Shown here: piece after piece, positions 9,923 through 21,151 of the stretch | Position numbering within the stretch: the stretch's first letter is position 1 | Layout: every line of letters starts with the position of its first letter | Assembly: GCA_963794755.1 (NCBI GenBank) | Contig: CAWCEX010000010.1 | Span: forward strand, 617,621-681,620 | Origin: an uncultured Actinomycetota bacterium | GTDB taxonomy: Bacteria > Actinomycetota > Acidimicrobiia > Acidimicrobiales > RAAP-2 | Length of the DNA stretch: 64,000 nt | Direction: 5' to 3' | Program-made: the position numbers and the translations under genes | Notes under the pieces: generated by a model | What the model saw: the letters and a program-made list of their open reading frames with translations, nothing else | Databases searched by the model: none | What the model was told of the DNA's origin: nothing

Positions 9923-11005
9923 ATGCGTAGCGCTCGTTTCACCCGCCTGCTGGCACTCACCCTGCTCATGCTGGCCATACCCGCCGCATCATTTGCGGGA
10001 ATTTTCGTCTCCATAACGGTGGCACCACCACCGCTTCCCGTCTATGTGCAACCAGTTTGTCCGCAGCCCGGTTATATGTGGTCGCCTGGCTACTGGGGCT
10101 GGGGCGATGATGGCTATTACTGGGTTCCTGGAACCTGGGTTCCGGCTCCTGCAGTTGGCCTGCTCTGGACGCCTGGATACTGGGGCTGGTCTGGTGGATA
10201 CTACCGCTGGAATGCTGGTTACTGGGGACCTCATATCGGTTTCTACGGCGGCGTGAACTACGGATTCGGATACGGCGGTGCAGGATTCGTCGGTGGAGAA
10301 TGGCGCGGCGGCGGATTCTTTTATAACAGCGCGGTGATGAATGTTGGCGGAGCTCACATCACCAATGTGTATGTGAACAAGACCGTCATCGTAAACAACA
10401 CGACCGTCAACAATGTGAGTTATAACGGCGGCGCCGGAGGCACTAGAAGCGCTCCAACACCAATCGAACGGCAGGCCGCACAAGAGCATCACTTCCAATC
10501 AACGCCTGAGCAGACGCAACATGAAACCGCCGCCGCACGGAACCCTCAGCTACTGGCAAAGAACAACGGGGGCAGGCCGGCGATTGCAGCAACGTCCAGA
10601 CCCGCGGATTTCTCGGCTCGAAGCGTCGTCCCGGCAAAAGCTACGGGCGGCAGAGTGGAACCCGCATCTTTAAGCGCTTCGGCAAGAACCATGCCAACGG
10701 CACCGCGGAGTGCATCCCCCGCACCACGCTCGCCCTCGACCGTGGGATCTGCTGCGAACAACCACAACGTTCCGCGGCCGCTCAGCACCTATGCCAAGCC
10801 GTCCGCAACCGGTAACGCACCGGCCGTGGCCCGCCCACCGTCGAGCAATGCCTCGGCGCGTAATTTTGGCAATTCTCGTCCACCTGCTCCGGCTCCGCAC
10901 GCGCAGAGTCTGGCGCCGCACTTCAACCCCCCGGTGCACTCCAGCGCGCCTCCGAAGCAACAGGAAAAGGAAAAGCCAGCTCCGAAGGAGCACGAGAAGC
11001 ATTGA
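9923..11005 (+). CDS. Secreted YXWGXW-repeat protein with a Pro/Ala/Ser-rich tail
   Basis: Signal peptide, repeats YMWSPGYW / YYWVPGTW / LLWTPGYW / YRWNAGYW, low-complexity C-terminus. Confidence 0.85.
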   Translation: MRSARFTRLLALTLLMLAIPAASFAGIFVSITVAPPPLPVYVQPVCPQPGYMWSPGYWGWGDDGYYWVPGTWVPAPAVGLLWTPGYWGWSGGYYRWNAGYWGPHIGFYGGVNYGFGYGGAGFVGGEWRGGGFFYNSAVMNVGGAHITNVYVNKTVIVNNTTVNNVSYNGGAGGTRSAPTPIERQAAQEHHFQSTPEQTQHETAAARNPQLLAKNNGGRPAIAATSRPADFSARSVVPAKATGGRVEPASLSASARTMPTAPRSASPAPRSPSTVGSAANNHNVPRPLSTYAKPSATGNAPAVARPPSSNASARNFGNSRPPAPAPHAQSLAPHFNPPVHSSAPPKQQEKEKPAPKEHEKH

Positions 11006-11022
11006 GGACCATCAGCAGACGC

Positions 11023-11050
11023 GAAGAGCACCCCACGTGGGGTGCTCTTC
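11023..11050. terminator. Perfect palindrome between convergent genes, probable bidirectional terminator
   Basis: GAAGAGCACCCCA-CG-TGGGGTGCTCTTC, just after the YXWGXW stop and downstream of hoxW. Confidence 0.65.
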
Positions 11051-11189
11051 TGCGTATGGCGCGAATCCGCTTAAGAACCGCTAATGTCTGAGCACATTCG
11101 GACAGAATAAAAGGCCACGGTTGATTGTGGCCTGACAAATGAAAAGGCAAGGCTCAACACCCTGCCTGGTCAACACTTCGTACAGTGGT

Positions 11190-11693
11190 TCAACAAGTAA
11201 CACAACCTGATGACGATGCCTCAAGCGGCCCACTCTTTTCATCGCCGGAGTAAATCACTTGCTTAAGCCGTTCGAGTAGCAGCGGCAGAGCCGCCTCGAT
11301 GTTGGGAGACAGGTGAGAACTGAATTCAAAGCTCTCACCTGCCACCGAAATCAACATCGCTTTTGGAGCGTGTCCGAAGAGGCTTTCAGCATTCGATAAC
11401 AAGGTCTCCATGGTCAGTGTGTGGATGAACACTCCACTCGCCAACTCAGCGGGCTTCACCTCACTCACCTCGACCGAACCCGGTACGCCGCCAGCTCTGG
11501 CGTCCAGGAACACAAGCAGGTCGATGTGCGAGATGTCTTCGGCCAGTTCCGGTAACAGCTCCTGAGCGACCATGACCTCGACCCTAGGGTCTTGGTTCAT
11601 GGCTTCGAACTCCTCAGCAGCACGAATACCGATGCCGTCGTCTCCGCGATACGGATGTCCTAGACCGACTACTAGAATCCTCTCCGGTCTCAC
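11190..11693 (-). CDS. hoxW: Hydrogenase maturation endopeptidase
   Basis: ILVVGLGHPYRGDDGIG motif; last gene of the hox operon; GTG start inferred. Confidence 0.85.
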   Translation of the reverse strand: MRPERILVVGLGHPYRGDDGIGIRAAEEFEAMNQDPRVEVMVAQELLPELAEDISHIDLLVFLDARAGGVPGSVEVSEVKPAELASGVFIHTLTMETLLSNAESLFGHAPKAMLISVAGESFEFSSHLSPNIEAALPLLLERLKQVIYSGDEKSGPLEASSSGCVTC

Positions 11694-11698
11694 TTTAA

Positions 11699-13141
11699 CT
11701 ACTCGCTTCTTCCGATACGCTGCTGCAGGCTGCCGTCCGCGTTCATAATATCGACGACCAAAGCCATCGTACCGTCCGCGTGTGTTGCGCAGCTTAAGCA
11801 CGGATCGAAGGAGCGAATGACGCCTTCCATCCGGTTCAGCATACCTTCTGTTACCGTCTTGCCGGAGATGAACTTATCAGCAGCCTGCTTGAGGCCGTAG
11901 TTCATCGCCTGGGTGTTGTGTGCCGTAGCAACAATGAGGTTAGCACCGGTCATCATGCCGTTCTTATCCACTTTGTAGTGGTGAATCAGCGTGCCACGCG
12001 GAGCTTCGACGATACCTACGCCTTCAGCTTCATTGGCCTTGGCTTCGGCGCGCACATCCGTGTCGAGAATGCTGCGGTCTTCGAGGATCTCATTGATGCG
12101 CTCGAGCGAGAAGATGATCTCGATCAGGCGGGCATAGTGATTATGGAAGGAGCTAGACACCATGTTGCCGTATGCCTTGCGGAAATCGGCCAGGGCTTGA
12201 TCAGCCAGGGGCGTACCGCACTGTTTGGCAAGATTCAAACGGGCAGCCGGACCGACACGATACACACCATTGTCGAATCCTGCCGGCCGGTAATAGGTCG
12301 GCTTCATCCAGCTAGCTTCATCTACGTTCTCACCGACAACCGTGGCGTAATCTGCAGGATCAACATGGTCGACCACGGTGTTGCCGTAGGAGTCGATGAC
12401 CTTCAGCCAGCCCTCATTGTGACGACGGGAACCGTAAAGGCAAAGATTGCCGTCCTTCCGCGCGATGCCCATGAACATCGAGGGGAAGTTGGAGAAGGTA
12501 GCAGCCTCGTCAGCGAACTTCGACACGATGCTCTTGTAGAACTCCAGCGTGCGGGTGGCAATCGCCAGCGCTTCCGGAAGTCCCTTTAGAATCTCATCGC
12601 GCTTCTCTTCGGTGAGCGCTTCGGAAACACCACCGGGAACAATCCAGGGGGTATGGATGCGCTTGCCGCCGAGAATTTCGATAACATGCTGTCCCCACTT
12701 GCGCAGGCGGATTCCGTCCAGGGCCACACTGGGATGCGTGGCAGCCAGTCCGAATACGTTGCGCTCCGCCGGATCCGAGTCCCAGCCAAGCAGGAAGTCG
12801 GGGGACGACAGATGGAAGAAGCTCAGCGCATGCGACTGCGCCATCTGCGCCAGGTGAACGATGCGGCGCAGCTTTTCTCCCGTCTCAGGGATTCGCACGC
12901 CCATAACCTCGTCGCAAGCTTTCGCTCCGGCGAGCAGGTGGCTGGTGGGGCAGATGCCGCAGATACGAGCTGTGAGGGACGGCATTTCCGAGAACGGCCG
13001 GCCTTCGCAGAATTTTTCGAATCCGCGGAACTGCGCAATATGCAGATGCGCGTCCTGCACGATGCCTTTGTCGTCGAGCTGGATCGTGATCTTCCCATGC
13101 CCTTCGACCCTAGTGATTCCGTCAATTTTTATCGTCTGCAT
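11699..13141 (-). CDS. hoxH: Bidirectional [NiFe]-hydrogenase large subunit (group 3d)
   Basis: L1 [10 protein letters not shown] and L2 [12 protein letters not shown] motifs plus a cleavable C-terminal extension. Confidence 0.95.
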   Translation of the reverse strand: MQTIKIDGITRVEGHGKITIQLDDKGIVQDAHLHIAQFRGFEKFCEGRPFSEMPSLTARICGICPTSHLLAGAKACDEVMGVRIPETGEKLRRIVHLAQMAQSHALSFFHLSSPDFLLGWDSDPAERNVFGLAATHPSVALDGIRLRKWGQHVIEILGGKRIHTPWIVPGGVSEALTEEKRDEILKGLPEALAIATRTLEFYKSIVSKFADEAATFSNFPSMFMGIARKDGNLCLYGSRRHNEGWLKVIDSYGNTVVDHVDPADYATVVGENVDEASWMKPTYYRPAGFDNGVYRVGPAARLNLAKQCGTPLADQALADFRKAYGNMVSSSFHNHYARLIEIIFSLERINEILEDRSILDTDVRAEAKANEAEGVGIVEAPRGTLIHHYKVDKNGMMTGANLIVATAHNTQAMNYGLKQAADKFISGKTVTEGMLNRMEGVIRSFDPCLSCATHADGTMALVVDIMNADGSLQQRIGRSE

Positions 13142-13150
13142 GAGATGCTC

Positions 13151-13684
13151 CTAATTACCGAAGCGAGCTTTGTTGGTCAGATCGGGTATCCGACCAGCCA
13201 AAACCTCGCTCAGAACGAAATAGATCAGATCAGCCGATGGAGGGCAGCCGGGGATGAACAGATCGACCGGCACCACCTCGTGCAGGGGAACCACCTTGGG
13301 TTCCAGCATCGGGATTACCTTCGTCGGCGCTCCTGGATTCATGGTGACGTTGTCCACGTAACCACGATTCAGAACGTCTTGGAGAGGAAAGTTGTTGCGC
13401 ATCGCCGGAACGTTGCCGGTTACTGCACAGTCACCCAGCGCCACCAATAACTTGGTTTTGCTGCGCACCATCTTGATCTTTTCGATGTCTTCCTCGTTGG
13501 CAACCGCACCCTCAACCAGGGTGAGATCGACATTGTCCGGAAAGATCTTTGGATCTACTACCGGGCTGTACAGCAACACAATCTTGCCAGCGATTTCCAC
13601 AAGTCGTTCATCGAGATCCAGAAACGACATGTGGCAACCCGAGCAGCCGTCCAACCAAAGCGAAGCTACGCGTGCCTTTGTCAT
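13151..13684 (-). CDS. hoxY: Bidirectional hydrogenase small subunit
   Basis: [26 protein letters not shown]; 177 aa, one FeS cluster. Confidence 0.93.
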   Translation of the reverse strand: MTKARVASLWLDGCSGCHMSFLDLDERLVEIAGKIVLLYSPVVDPKIFPDNVDLTLVEGAVANEEDIEKIKMVRSKTKLLVALGDCAVTGNVPAMRNNFPLQDVLNRGYVDNVTMNPGAPTKVIPMLEPKVVPLHEVVPVDLFIPGCPPSADLIYFVLSEVLAGRIPDLTNKARFGN

Positions 13685-14406
13685 CGACGTCTCCCTTCGC
13701 GCATCTGTTCGAGGTACGGAAGGAACTCCGCCTTAACCATCTCCGACACGCCTTTTCCCTTTTCACTGAGTGCGCCAACCGGACAAACCTTTACGCACTT
13801 GCCGCAGTTGGTGCAGGTCTGCGAATCGCCCCAAGGCTCGCGCAGATCTGTGATGACCCGGGTACCGATGCCGCGACCAGCCATGTCCCATGTGTGAGCG
13901 CCTTCAACCTCATCGCAGACGCGTACGCAACGGGCACACAAAATACAACGGTTATGGTCGGACACGAAACGCGGATGCGAGCCGTCAACTTCGCACTTTA
14001 CGTGCAGGTACGGCACGGTCGCGTGAGTGACTCCCAGTTCCTGCGCCAACGCCTGCAGTTCGCAATGTCCCGAAGAGACGCACACCGCGCAAACGTGACT
14101 GCGCTCGGTGAACAGCAACTCAAGCACTAACTTGCGGAAATCCTGCAGCTTTTCCGAGTTGGTGGTTACTTCCATACCTTCCTGCGCCTGAGTTACACAC
14201 GCGGGCAGGAGTTTATTGTTTCCCTTTAGCTCGACAACACATAGACGGCATGCACCAAGTCCCGACAGGCCCTCTAAGTAGCAGAGGGTGGGAATTCGGA
14301 TGCCGTTCTCGCGTGCGACTTCGAGGATGGTCTGATTTTCGGCGGCGCTAACTTCCTTACCGTCGATCTTGAGCGTTTTTACCTGATATTGATTAGGCTC
14401 TGGCAT
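13681..14406 (-). CDS. hoxU: Diaphorase FeS subunit
   Basis: IPTLC..GACRLC 2Fe-2[24 protein letters not shown] and [12 protein letters not shown]. Confidence 0.93.
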   Translation of the reverse strand: MPEPNQYQVKTLKIDGKEVSAAENQTILEVARENGIRIPTLCYLEGLSGLGACRLCVVELKGNNKLLPACVTQAQEGMEVTTNSEKLQDFRKLVLELLFTERSHVCAVCVSSGHCELQALAQELGVTHATVPYLHVKCEVDGSHPRFVSDHNRCILCARCVRVCDEVEGAHTWDMAGRGIGTRVITDLREPWGDSQTCTNCGKCVKVCPVGALSEKGKGVSEMVKAEFLPYLEQMREGRRR

Positions 14407-14419
14407 TTGTCAGTCCTCC

Positions 14420-16090
14420 TCACTCACCGGCCTTGTGCAGAGCCGGTTCCGGCTTGCCGCAAGCGCACTTACCTTGGGTACAGGTCTTGTCCGTGATGTG
14501 CTTCTCATACTCATTGCGGAAGTACTTCATCGTACTGACGACCGGATTAGGGGCAGTCTGACCGAGACCACATAGAGCGGTGGCTTTGATCATTGTGCCA
14601 AGACGGGCCAGGGTGTCCAGGTCCGAGGGTTGCCCCTCGCCTTCGCTGATGCGATCCAGCATGCCATGCATTTGCGTGGTACCCACACGGCAAGGGACGC
14701 ACTTTCCGCACGATTCGTCGCGAACGAAGTCCATAAAGAACTTTGCGACATCAACCATGCAGGCAGTCTCGTCCATGACGATCATGCCGCCCGAACCCAT
14801 GATGGAACCCACGGAAGCCAGCGACTCGTAGTCAACCGGCATATCCAGGAACTGCTCAGGGATACAGCCGCCTGACGGACCACCCGTCTGAACCGCTTTG
14901 AACTTGCGGTCATTCGGAATACCGCCGCCCAGAGTGAAGACCAGGTCGCGGAGCTTCATGCCCATGGGGACTTCGATCAAGCCGGTGTTGTTTACGTCGC
15001 CGGCAAGAGCGAATACCTTCGTACCCTTGCTCTTCTCTGTACCGATGGAAGCGTACCAGTCGCCGCCCTTGCGGAGAATCGGGGCAACGTTGGCGAAGGT
15101 CTCCACGTTGTTCAACAGCGTGGGGGAGTGGTTCAGACCAGAGTAGGCCGGGAACGGAGGACGCGGACGTGGAACACCGCGCTGGCCTTCGACCGAGGCG
15201 ATCAACGCCGTCTCTTCGCCGCAAACAAAAGCTCCGGCGCCGAGACGAATTTCCACAGTAAAGCTGAAGTTGGAGTCGCCGATGTTGTTGCCCAGCAGGC
15301 CCATCTTTTCTGCCTGCTTGATGGCAATCTTCAACCGCTTCACAGCCAGAGGATACTCTGCGCGGCAATAGACGTACCCAGTGCTGGCTCCCACCGCATA
15401 TGCGGCAATTGCCATGCCTTCGAGCACACGGTGCGGATCGCTTTCCAGAACCGAACGATCCATGAACGCGCCCGGATCGCCTTCGTCGGCGTTGCAGATC
15501 ACGTACTTCTGTGCGCCCGGCGCCTTGGAAACCATCGACCATTTCAGGCCAGTCGGATAACCGCCGCCGCCACGTCCACGAAGACCGCTCTTGATGAGTT
15601 CCTGAACTACATCTTCACGAGAGCGGCTGGACAAGCAGGTAAGCAGCGCCGAATAACCATCAGCGGCAATGTATTCTTCAATTTTTTCAGGATCGATTTC
15701 GCCGCAGTTTTCGAGGACGATTTTCTGCTGGGCGGCGAAGAACGGAAGGTCGGGAGAAAGAGCAAACTCGGGTACCGGCTTGCCGTCGAGGTTTTCTAGA
15801 ATCGCACCGAGAGCCTCGGTATCATCTGCCTTCAGGCTCTGATAGTAGGTGTGCTGCGGTTCGGTCAACACGAGAGGACCACGAGCGCAAAGCCCCATGC
15901 ATCCCACACCCTTGACCTTGACTTTGCCTTCAATACCGCGCTTCTTGGTTTCGGCCTGCAAGGCCTTCAGTACTTGATCGCTGCGTAGTGAGAGACAGCC
16001 GGCAGCCACGCAAACGTTAACTTTGTGGGTAATATTCTTCTGTTCCTGGCGTTCCTTCTCGGCTAATTCCCGGAGTTCATCAAGCGTCAT
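14420..16090 (-). CDS. hoxF: Diaphorase NAD/FMN subunit (NuoF-like)
   Basis: GLRGRGGGGYPTG, CNADEGDPG, GAGAFVCGEETAL, ESCGKCVPCRVG; N-terminal thioredoxin-like 2Fe-2S domain. Confidence 0.93.
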   Translation of the reverse strand: MTLDELRELAEKERQEQKNITHKVNVCVAAGCLSLRSDQVLKALQAETKKRGIEGKVKVKGVGCMGLCARGPLVLTEPQHTYYQSLKADDTEALGAILENLDGKPVPEFALSPDLPFFAAQQKIVLENCGEIDPEKIEEYIAADGYSALLTCLSSRSREDVVQELIKSGLRGRGGGGYPTGLKWSMVSKAPGAQKYVICNADEGDPGAFMDRSVLESDPHRVLEGMAIAAYAVGASTGYVYCRAEYPLAVKRLKIAIKQAEKMGLLGNNIGDSNFSFTVEIRLGAGAFVCGEETALIASVEGQRGVPRPRPPFPAYSGLNHSPTLLNNVETFANVAPILRKGGDWYASIGTEKSKGTKVFALAGDVNNTGLIEVPMGMKLRDLVFTLGGGIPNDRKFKAVQTGGPSGGCIPEQFLDMPVDYESLASVGSIMGSGGMIVMDETACMVDVAKFFMDFVRDESCGKCVPCRVGTTQMHGMLDRISEGEGQPSDLDTLARLGTMIKATALCGLGQTAPNPVVSTMKYFRNEYEKHITDKTCTQGKCACGKPEPALHKAGE

Positions 16091-16586
16091 GGCCCATCCA
16101 CCTCCGGATCTGATTTTTCACATCCTGCGGTTGCGCTTTCGGAACTACTTCCCCGTCATAGACAACTGCGGGTGCGAGACCGCAAGCGCCGATGCAACGG
16201 GCGGCGACCACTGACACTTTATTGTCCGCCGTGGTTCCGCCAGCTTTCACATTGCCAACTTCCTCAATCGCCTTCAACAATTCGCCGGCGCCCTTAACGT
16301 AGCAGGCCGTGCCCATGCAAACCACGCAAGTATGTTCACCAGCGGGCTTGAGGCTAAAGAAGTGATAAAATGTCGCGACACCGTACACCTTGCTTAACGG
16401 AAGACGTAGCGAAGCTGCTACGAAGCGCATGGAAACATCATCGAGAAACCCGAATGCTTCCTGCACCGTATGTAAGACTTCAATAAGAGCGAAGGATTCG
16501 CTCCCGTGACGACGCATTGTGGCCATCACGGATTTCCAACGCTTGTCATCGGACGGAGGCGGCACAGATGCCGTATACGCCTTCAT
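16080..16586 (-). CDS. hoxE: Diaphorase 2Fe-2S subunit (NuoE-like)
   Basis: CVVCMGTACYVKG and RCIGACGLAP; AAGGAG RBS before ATG 16586. Confidence 0.92.
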   Translation of the reverse strand: MKAYTASVPPPSDDKRWKSVMATMRRHGSESFALIEVLHTVQEAFGFLDDVSMRFVAASLRLPLSKVYGVATFYHFFSLKPAGEHTCVVCMGTACYVKGAGELLKAIEEVGNVKAGGTTADNKVSVVAARCIGACGLAPAVVYDGEVVPKAQPQDVKNQIRRWMGHDA

Positions 16587-16760
16587 GGATGCTCCTTTTC
16601 GATTTGGACGATTGCCCGGCACACGACCAGAACTGCGCCGGTTACTTTCGCGGAGGACGCCGCATAATACGATTATTTATTTAGTCGGTTTTCTTTTAAA
16701 AGCCCATTCGTACCACTGGGGTATTGCACCTCAATACTGCCTTCCTAACTTCTTTTCGTC

Positions 16761-16776
16761 TGTGATTTTGGTCACA
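16761..16776. promoter_or_regulatory. CRP-type (or Rex-geometry) operator 1 upstream of hoxE
   Basis: TGTGA-TTTTGG-TCACA, perfect TGTGA-N6-TCACA. Confidence 0.7.
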
Positions 16777-16804
16777 TGTGAAGCCTGTCGTGCGTATTTT
16801 CGTC

Positions 16805-16820
16805 TGTGAGCTGGATCACA
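16805..16820. promoter_or_regulatory. CRP-type (or Rex-geometry) operator 2 upstream of hoxE
   Basis: TGTGA-GCTGGA-TCACA, 44 bp from operator 1. Confidence 0.7.
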
Positions 16821-16847
16821 CATGCATATGACATCTCTGTTTCAGGT

Positions 16848-16908
16848 AAGTCTCTTTTCAAGCAAGTCTCTGCACTAAAGTAAGTCTCTGCCGCTGAAGT
16901 AAGTCTCT
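16848..16908 (+). repeat. Four short direct repeats AAGTCTCT
   Basis: AAGTCTCT starts at 16848, 16864, 16882 and 16901 (spacing 16/18/19); three copies are preceded by GT. Confidence 0.8.
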
Positions 16909-16993
16909 GCACTGGCTACAAAATGAAAACCCCACTCTAAAATCGCAAAACTGCGCGATCAGAGTGGGGTCTGTTGATACTTCTCCGGATTGG

Positions 16994-18962
16994 TTATTCG
17001 TCGCTGTCCTTGAGTTTCTTGATAACGGCAAAGTCCTCAAGGGTGGTGATGTCACCCTTGACTTCACCGCTGGTGGCAAGTTCACGGAGCAGTCGGCGCA
17101 TGATTTTGCCGGAGCGAGTTTTGGGCAGTTGCTCGGTGAAGCGGATGTCATCGGGCTTCGCCATGGAGCCGATTTCCTTCGCTACCCATGCGCGTAGTTC
17201 GTCCTTCAGCGCGGGCGTGGCTGGGACTCCGGTCTCCAAGGTTACAAAGGCCGATACAGCCTGCCCCTTGATGTCATCCGGACGTCCGACCACGGCGGCC
17301 TCTGCGACCTTGGGATGGGCGACGAGCGCAGACTCGATCTCCATGGTGGAGAGGCGATGTCCGCTTACGTTCAGCACATCATCCACGCGGCCCATCACCC
17401 AGATGTATCCGTCCTTGTCGATACGTGCACCGTCTCCGGTGAAGTACACGCCAGGAATATCCGACCAGTACTGCTTCACATAACGGTCAGGGTCGCCAAA
17501 AATGGTGCGCGCCATCGCGGGCCATGGCTTCTTGATGACGAGGTAGCCGCCGGAGCCGAGCGGAACCTTCTCGCCTCCGCGATCGACAACCTCGGCGATG
17601 ATCCCAGGGAATGGACGGGTTGCAGAGCCGGGCTTTGTAGCAATGGCGCCCGGAAGTGGAGAGATCATGATGCAGCCGGTCTCAGTCTGCCACCAGGTAT
17701 CGACGATAGGACAGCGCTCCTTGCCGATGACTTCGCGATACCACATCCATGCCTCTGGATTGATGGGCTCGCCGACCGAGCCAAGCAGGCGCAGGCTGCT
17801 CAAGTCGTGGCGATTGGGATATTCATTACCCCATTTGATAAAGGTGCGGATCGCAGTGGGCGCGGTGTAGAAGACGTTAACCTTGTACTTCTCGATCAGC
17901 GCCCAGAAGCGGTCGAGATCAGGATGATTCGGCGCCCCCTCATACATCAGCGTGGTTGCGCCGTTCTGCAAAGGACCGTAAACGATATAGCTATGTCCGG
18001 TGACCCAGCCGATGTCGGCGGTACACCAGTAGATGTCCTCTTCCTTCAGGTCGAAGATCCACTTGGTCGTGATATAGGTTCCAACAGCAGTAGCCTCCGG
18101 TGGTGTGGACAATGCCCTTGGGCTTTCCCGTAGAGCCGGAGGTGTAGAGGATGTAGAGCGGATCTTCGCTGTCGAGAGGCTCAGCCGGACAGTTGGGCGC
18201 GGCCTTGGCAACGAGTTCGTGCCACCAGTGATCGCGGCCGGGCTGCATGGTAACCTGCGCGCCGGTGCGCTGATAGACGACAACGGTTTTGACCGAAGGA
18301 CAGTTGGCTAGGGCTTCATCGACCGTAGCCTTCAGGGGAAATTGGGCGCCACGCCGCCAGGAGGCGTCCTGGGTAATGAGAACACTGGATTGCTGATCGT
18401 TCACGCGATCGACGATGGCATTGGCGGAGAAACCTCCGAAGATGACCGAGTGCACAGCGCCGATGCGGGCGCAGGCAAGCATGGCGATGGCAAGCTCCGG
18501 CACCATGCCCATATAGAGCGCAACACGGTCTCCCTTGGCGACGCCAAGACCTTTGAGCGCGTTGGCGAAGCGTTCGACCTCGGCGAGCAACTGTGCGTAG
18601 GTAAGCGTGCGGGTATCGCCGGGCTCGCCCTCCCAGAGAATCGCAATCTTGTCGCGACGCGACGAGGCGGCGTGACGATCGAGACAATTGTAAGAGAGAT
18701 TGATTTTGCCGCCGACGAACCACTTGGCCCACGGCGCATTCCAATCGAGGACTTTGGTCCAGGGCTCAAACCAATGCAGTTCCTCGGCGATCTTTCCCCA
18801 GAAGGCTTCCGGGTCTTGGGCAGCCTCGGCGTAGATGCGTTCGTATTCGGCGAGGCTCTTGATATGCGCCTTGGCACTGAACTCCGCCGAGGGCGGGAAG
18901 ATACGGTGTTCCTGCAACATCGAATCAATGTTGACGCCATGCACTAAGGGTGTGTTCGCCAT
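16994..18962 (-). CDS. acs: Acetyl-CoA synthetase (frameshift near 18090)
   Basis: [34 protein letters not shown] and [11 protein letters not shown], split across ORFs 17991-19028 and 16994-18283. Confidence 0.9.
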
Positions 18963-19038
18963 GCGTGCTGCTTCCTCCGTAAAAGGCGGGACTTGCGCCC
19001 CGTGAGAAAACGACCGAGCTAAGAACAACGCGGCGCGG

Positions 19039-20968
19039 CTACTGTTCCAGGGTTGAAATGTCGCCGATCTCCTGACCGGTTTCCTTGGCCTTCAGATAGC
19101 GGCGCATGATTTTGCCGGAGCGCGTCTTCGGCAATTGAGTGACAAACTCCAGAACCGAGGGCGTGGCGATCGGGCCCAGTTCGTGACGGACGTGCTCGAT
19201 CAATGCGGCAGAGAGTGTATCACTGGCCTCCTGCCCGGCGCGCAACAGCACGAAGACTTTGATGCATTCACCCTTCATCGCGTCTGGAATGCCAATGGCC
19301 GCAGCCTCGCCCACGGCGGGATGCGATACCAGAGCGGACTCCACTTCAGCGGTACCGATGCGATGTCCTGCGACGTTAAGCACATCATCGGCGCGGCCCA
19401 GGACGGCGATGTATCCATGCTCATCCTTAAGGGCGAGGTCTCCGGTGACGTAGGCTCCCTCGATCTGCTGCCAGTCGCGCTCGTAGCGGGGATTGTCATT
19501 CCATGCGGTGCGCATCATGTGCGGAAATGGACCGCACAAGACGAGACGTCCGCGCTCATTCACCCCGACTGGCTTGCCTGCGGCATCGACGACATCGGCG
19601 GTGACTCCGGCGAGCGGAATGCCCGCCTTGCCGATGCGGTAAGGCATGGTAACGGGAGTACCCAAGGTCGGGCCACCCAGTTCTGTCTGCCACCAGTTGT
19701 CCACCACGTAACCCCACTTGCCGTCGCCGGCAAGATAGGTTTGCGCCCAGTGCCATGCTTCAGGATTGAGCGGCTCACCGGCACAGGCAATGACTCGCAG
19801 TGAAGTGAGATCGTGTGCGGCGGGCAGTTGTTCTCCGTAACGCATAAACATGCGTATGGCCGTGGGCGCCGTAAACATCTTGGTGACCCCGTAGCGCTCG
19901 ACAATCTCCCAGGCGACTCCGGGATTCGGCCAGTCGATGGCTCCCTCGCGGAAGATCGTGGTGACTCCGGCGCAGAGCGGACCGTAGACGATGTAGCTGT
20001 GGCCAACCACCCAGCCAATATCGGAGGTGCACCAGAAAAGATCGCGCGGGTTCACATCAAAGAAGGTGCGAAGGTGATAGGTGATGCCGACCATGTATCC
20101 GCCGTGCACGTGGACGACGCCCTTAGGACGGCCGGTGGTCCCGCTGGTGTAGAGAATAAACAGGGGATCTTCGGCATCCATCTCCTCCGCAGGACTCTCG
20201 GAGGAGAACTTGAGAAGGTCGTAATAGTTCACCTCGCGGGAGTTCGCCGGCTCATAGTTCACCGCGCACTGCGGGACGACCTCACAGCTCCCCGCGCACC
20301 GGGGGACGATGATGACGTGCTCGACCGTGGTAATGCCGTCGAGAGCCTCATCCACAATGGCCTTAAGAGGCACCGATTTGCCGCGGCGAACTCCAGACTT
20401 CCCCCGCGATGACAACCTTGGCCTGCGCATCCGTAATGCGGTCGCGCAACGCCGTGTGACCGAGTCCGGCATAGACGACGGAATGGATGGCGCCCACGCG
20501 GGCACAGGCCAGCATGGAGACCACACCCTCAATAGTGAGCGGCATATAAATGATGACTCGGTCGCCTTTGCCGACGCCGAGCGAGCGCAATCCGTTGGAG
20601 AAGCGGCAGACCATGCGATACAGCTGACCGTAGGTGACAACGCGCTCAGAGCCATCTTCACCAAGCCAGATGTAGGCGACGCGATTGAAACGGTCGCTCT
20701 TGGCGTGACGGTCCAGAGCGCTCAGGGTGATATTCGTCTTCCCGCCGACAAACCATTTGTGGTGCACGCCATCCCATTCGCGCACCTTCTCCCACTTCTT
20801 GATCCATGTGAAGTTCTCGGCCTCGGCTGCCCAGAAGGCCTCGGGGTCCTTGATGGAGCGCTCGTACTCGGCCCGATAGTCCTTGACGTTTGCTTCGCGC
20901 TTTACGATCTCAGGCGCGTCGTAGGAGAACGAAGGAGAAATCACCTCAGACTTTACTGGACTGCTCAC
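19039..20968 (-). CDS. acs: Second acetate/propionate-CoA ligase (Acs/PrpE family; frameshift near 20400)
   Basis: [33 protein letters not shown] and [11 protein letters not shown]; N-terminus in ORF 20363-20968. Confidence 0.85.
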
Positions 20969-21151
20969 GAGAACACCCCCTAGCAGGTTTTAGAAACGGA
21001 TTCAAATGACATCGACTTCAATGATTCACCTGTCCGCACCCCAGCCCACAGGCGCCATCGGCGGAAGCCGATTGAGCGTGCCCGGCATCATATCAAATCC
21101 ACGGCGGCGAAGGTGAAATGAAAATTTCTCCTCCGCCGGACGAGACAAGAA

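Noticed and set aside
16848-16908. Possible mini-CRISPR
   Set aside because: Repeats are only 8-11 bp with 8-11 bp gaps; no cas genes
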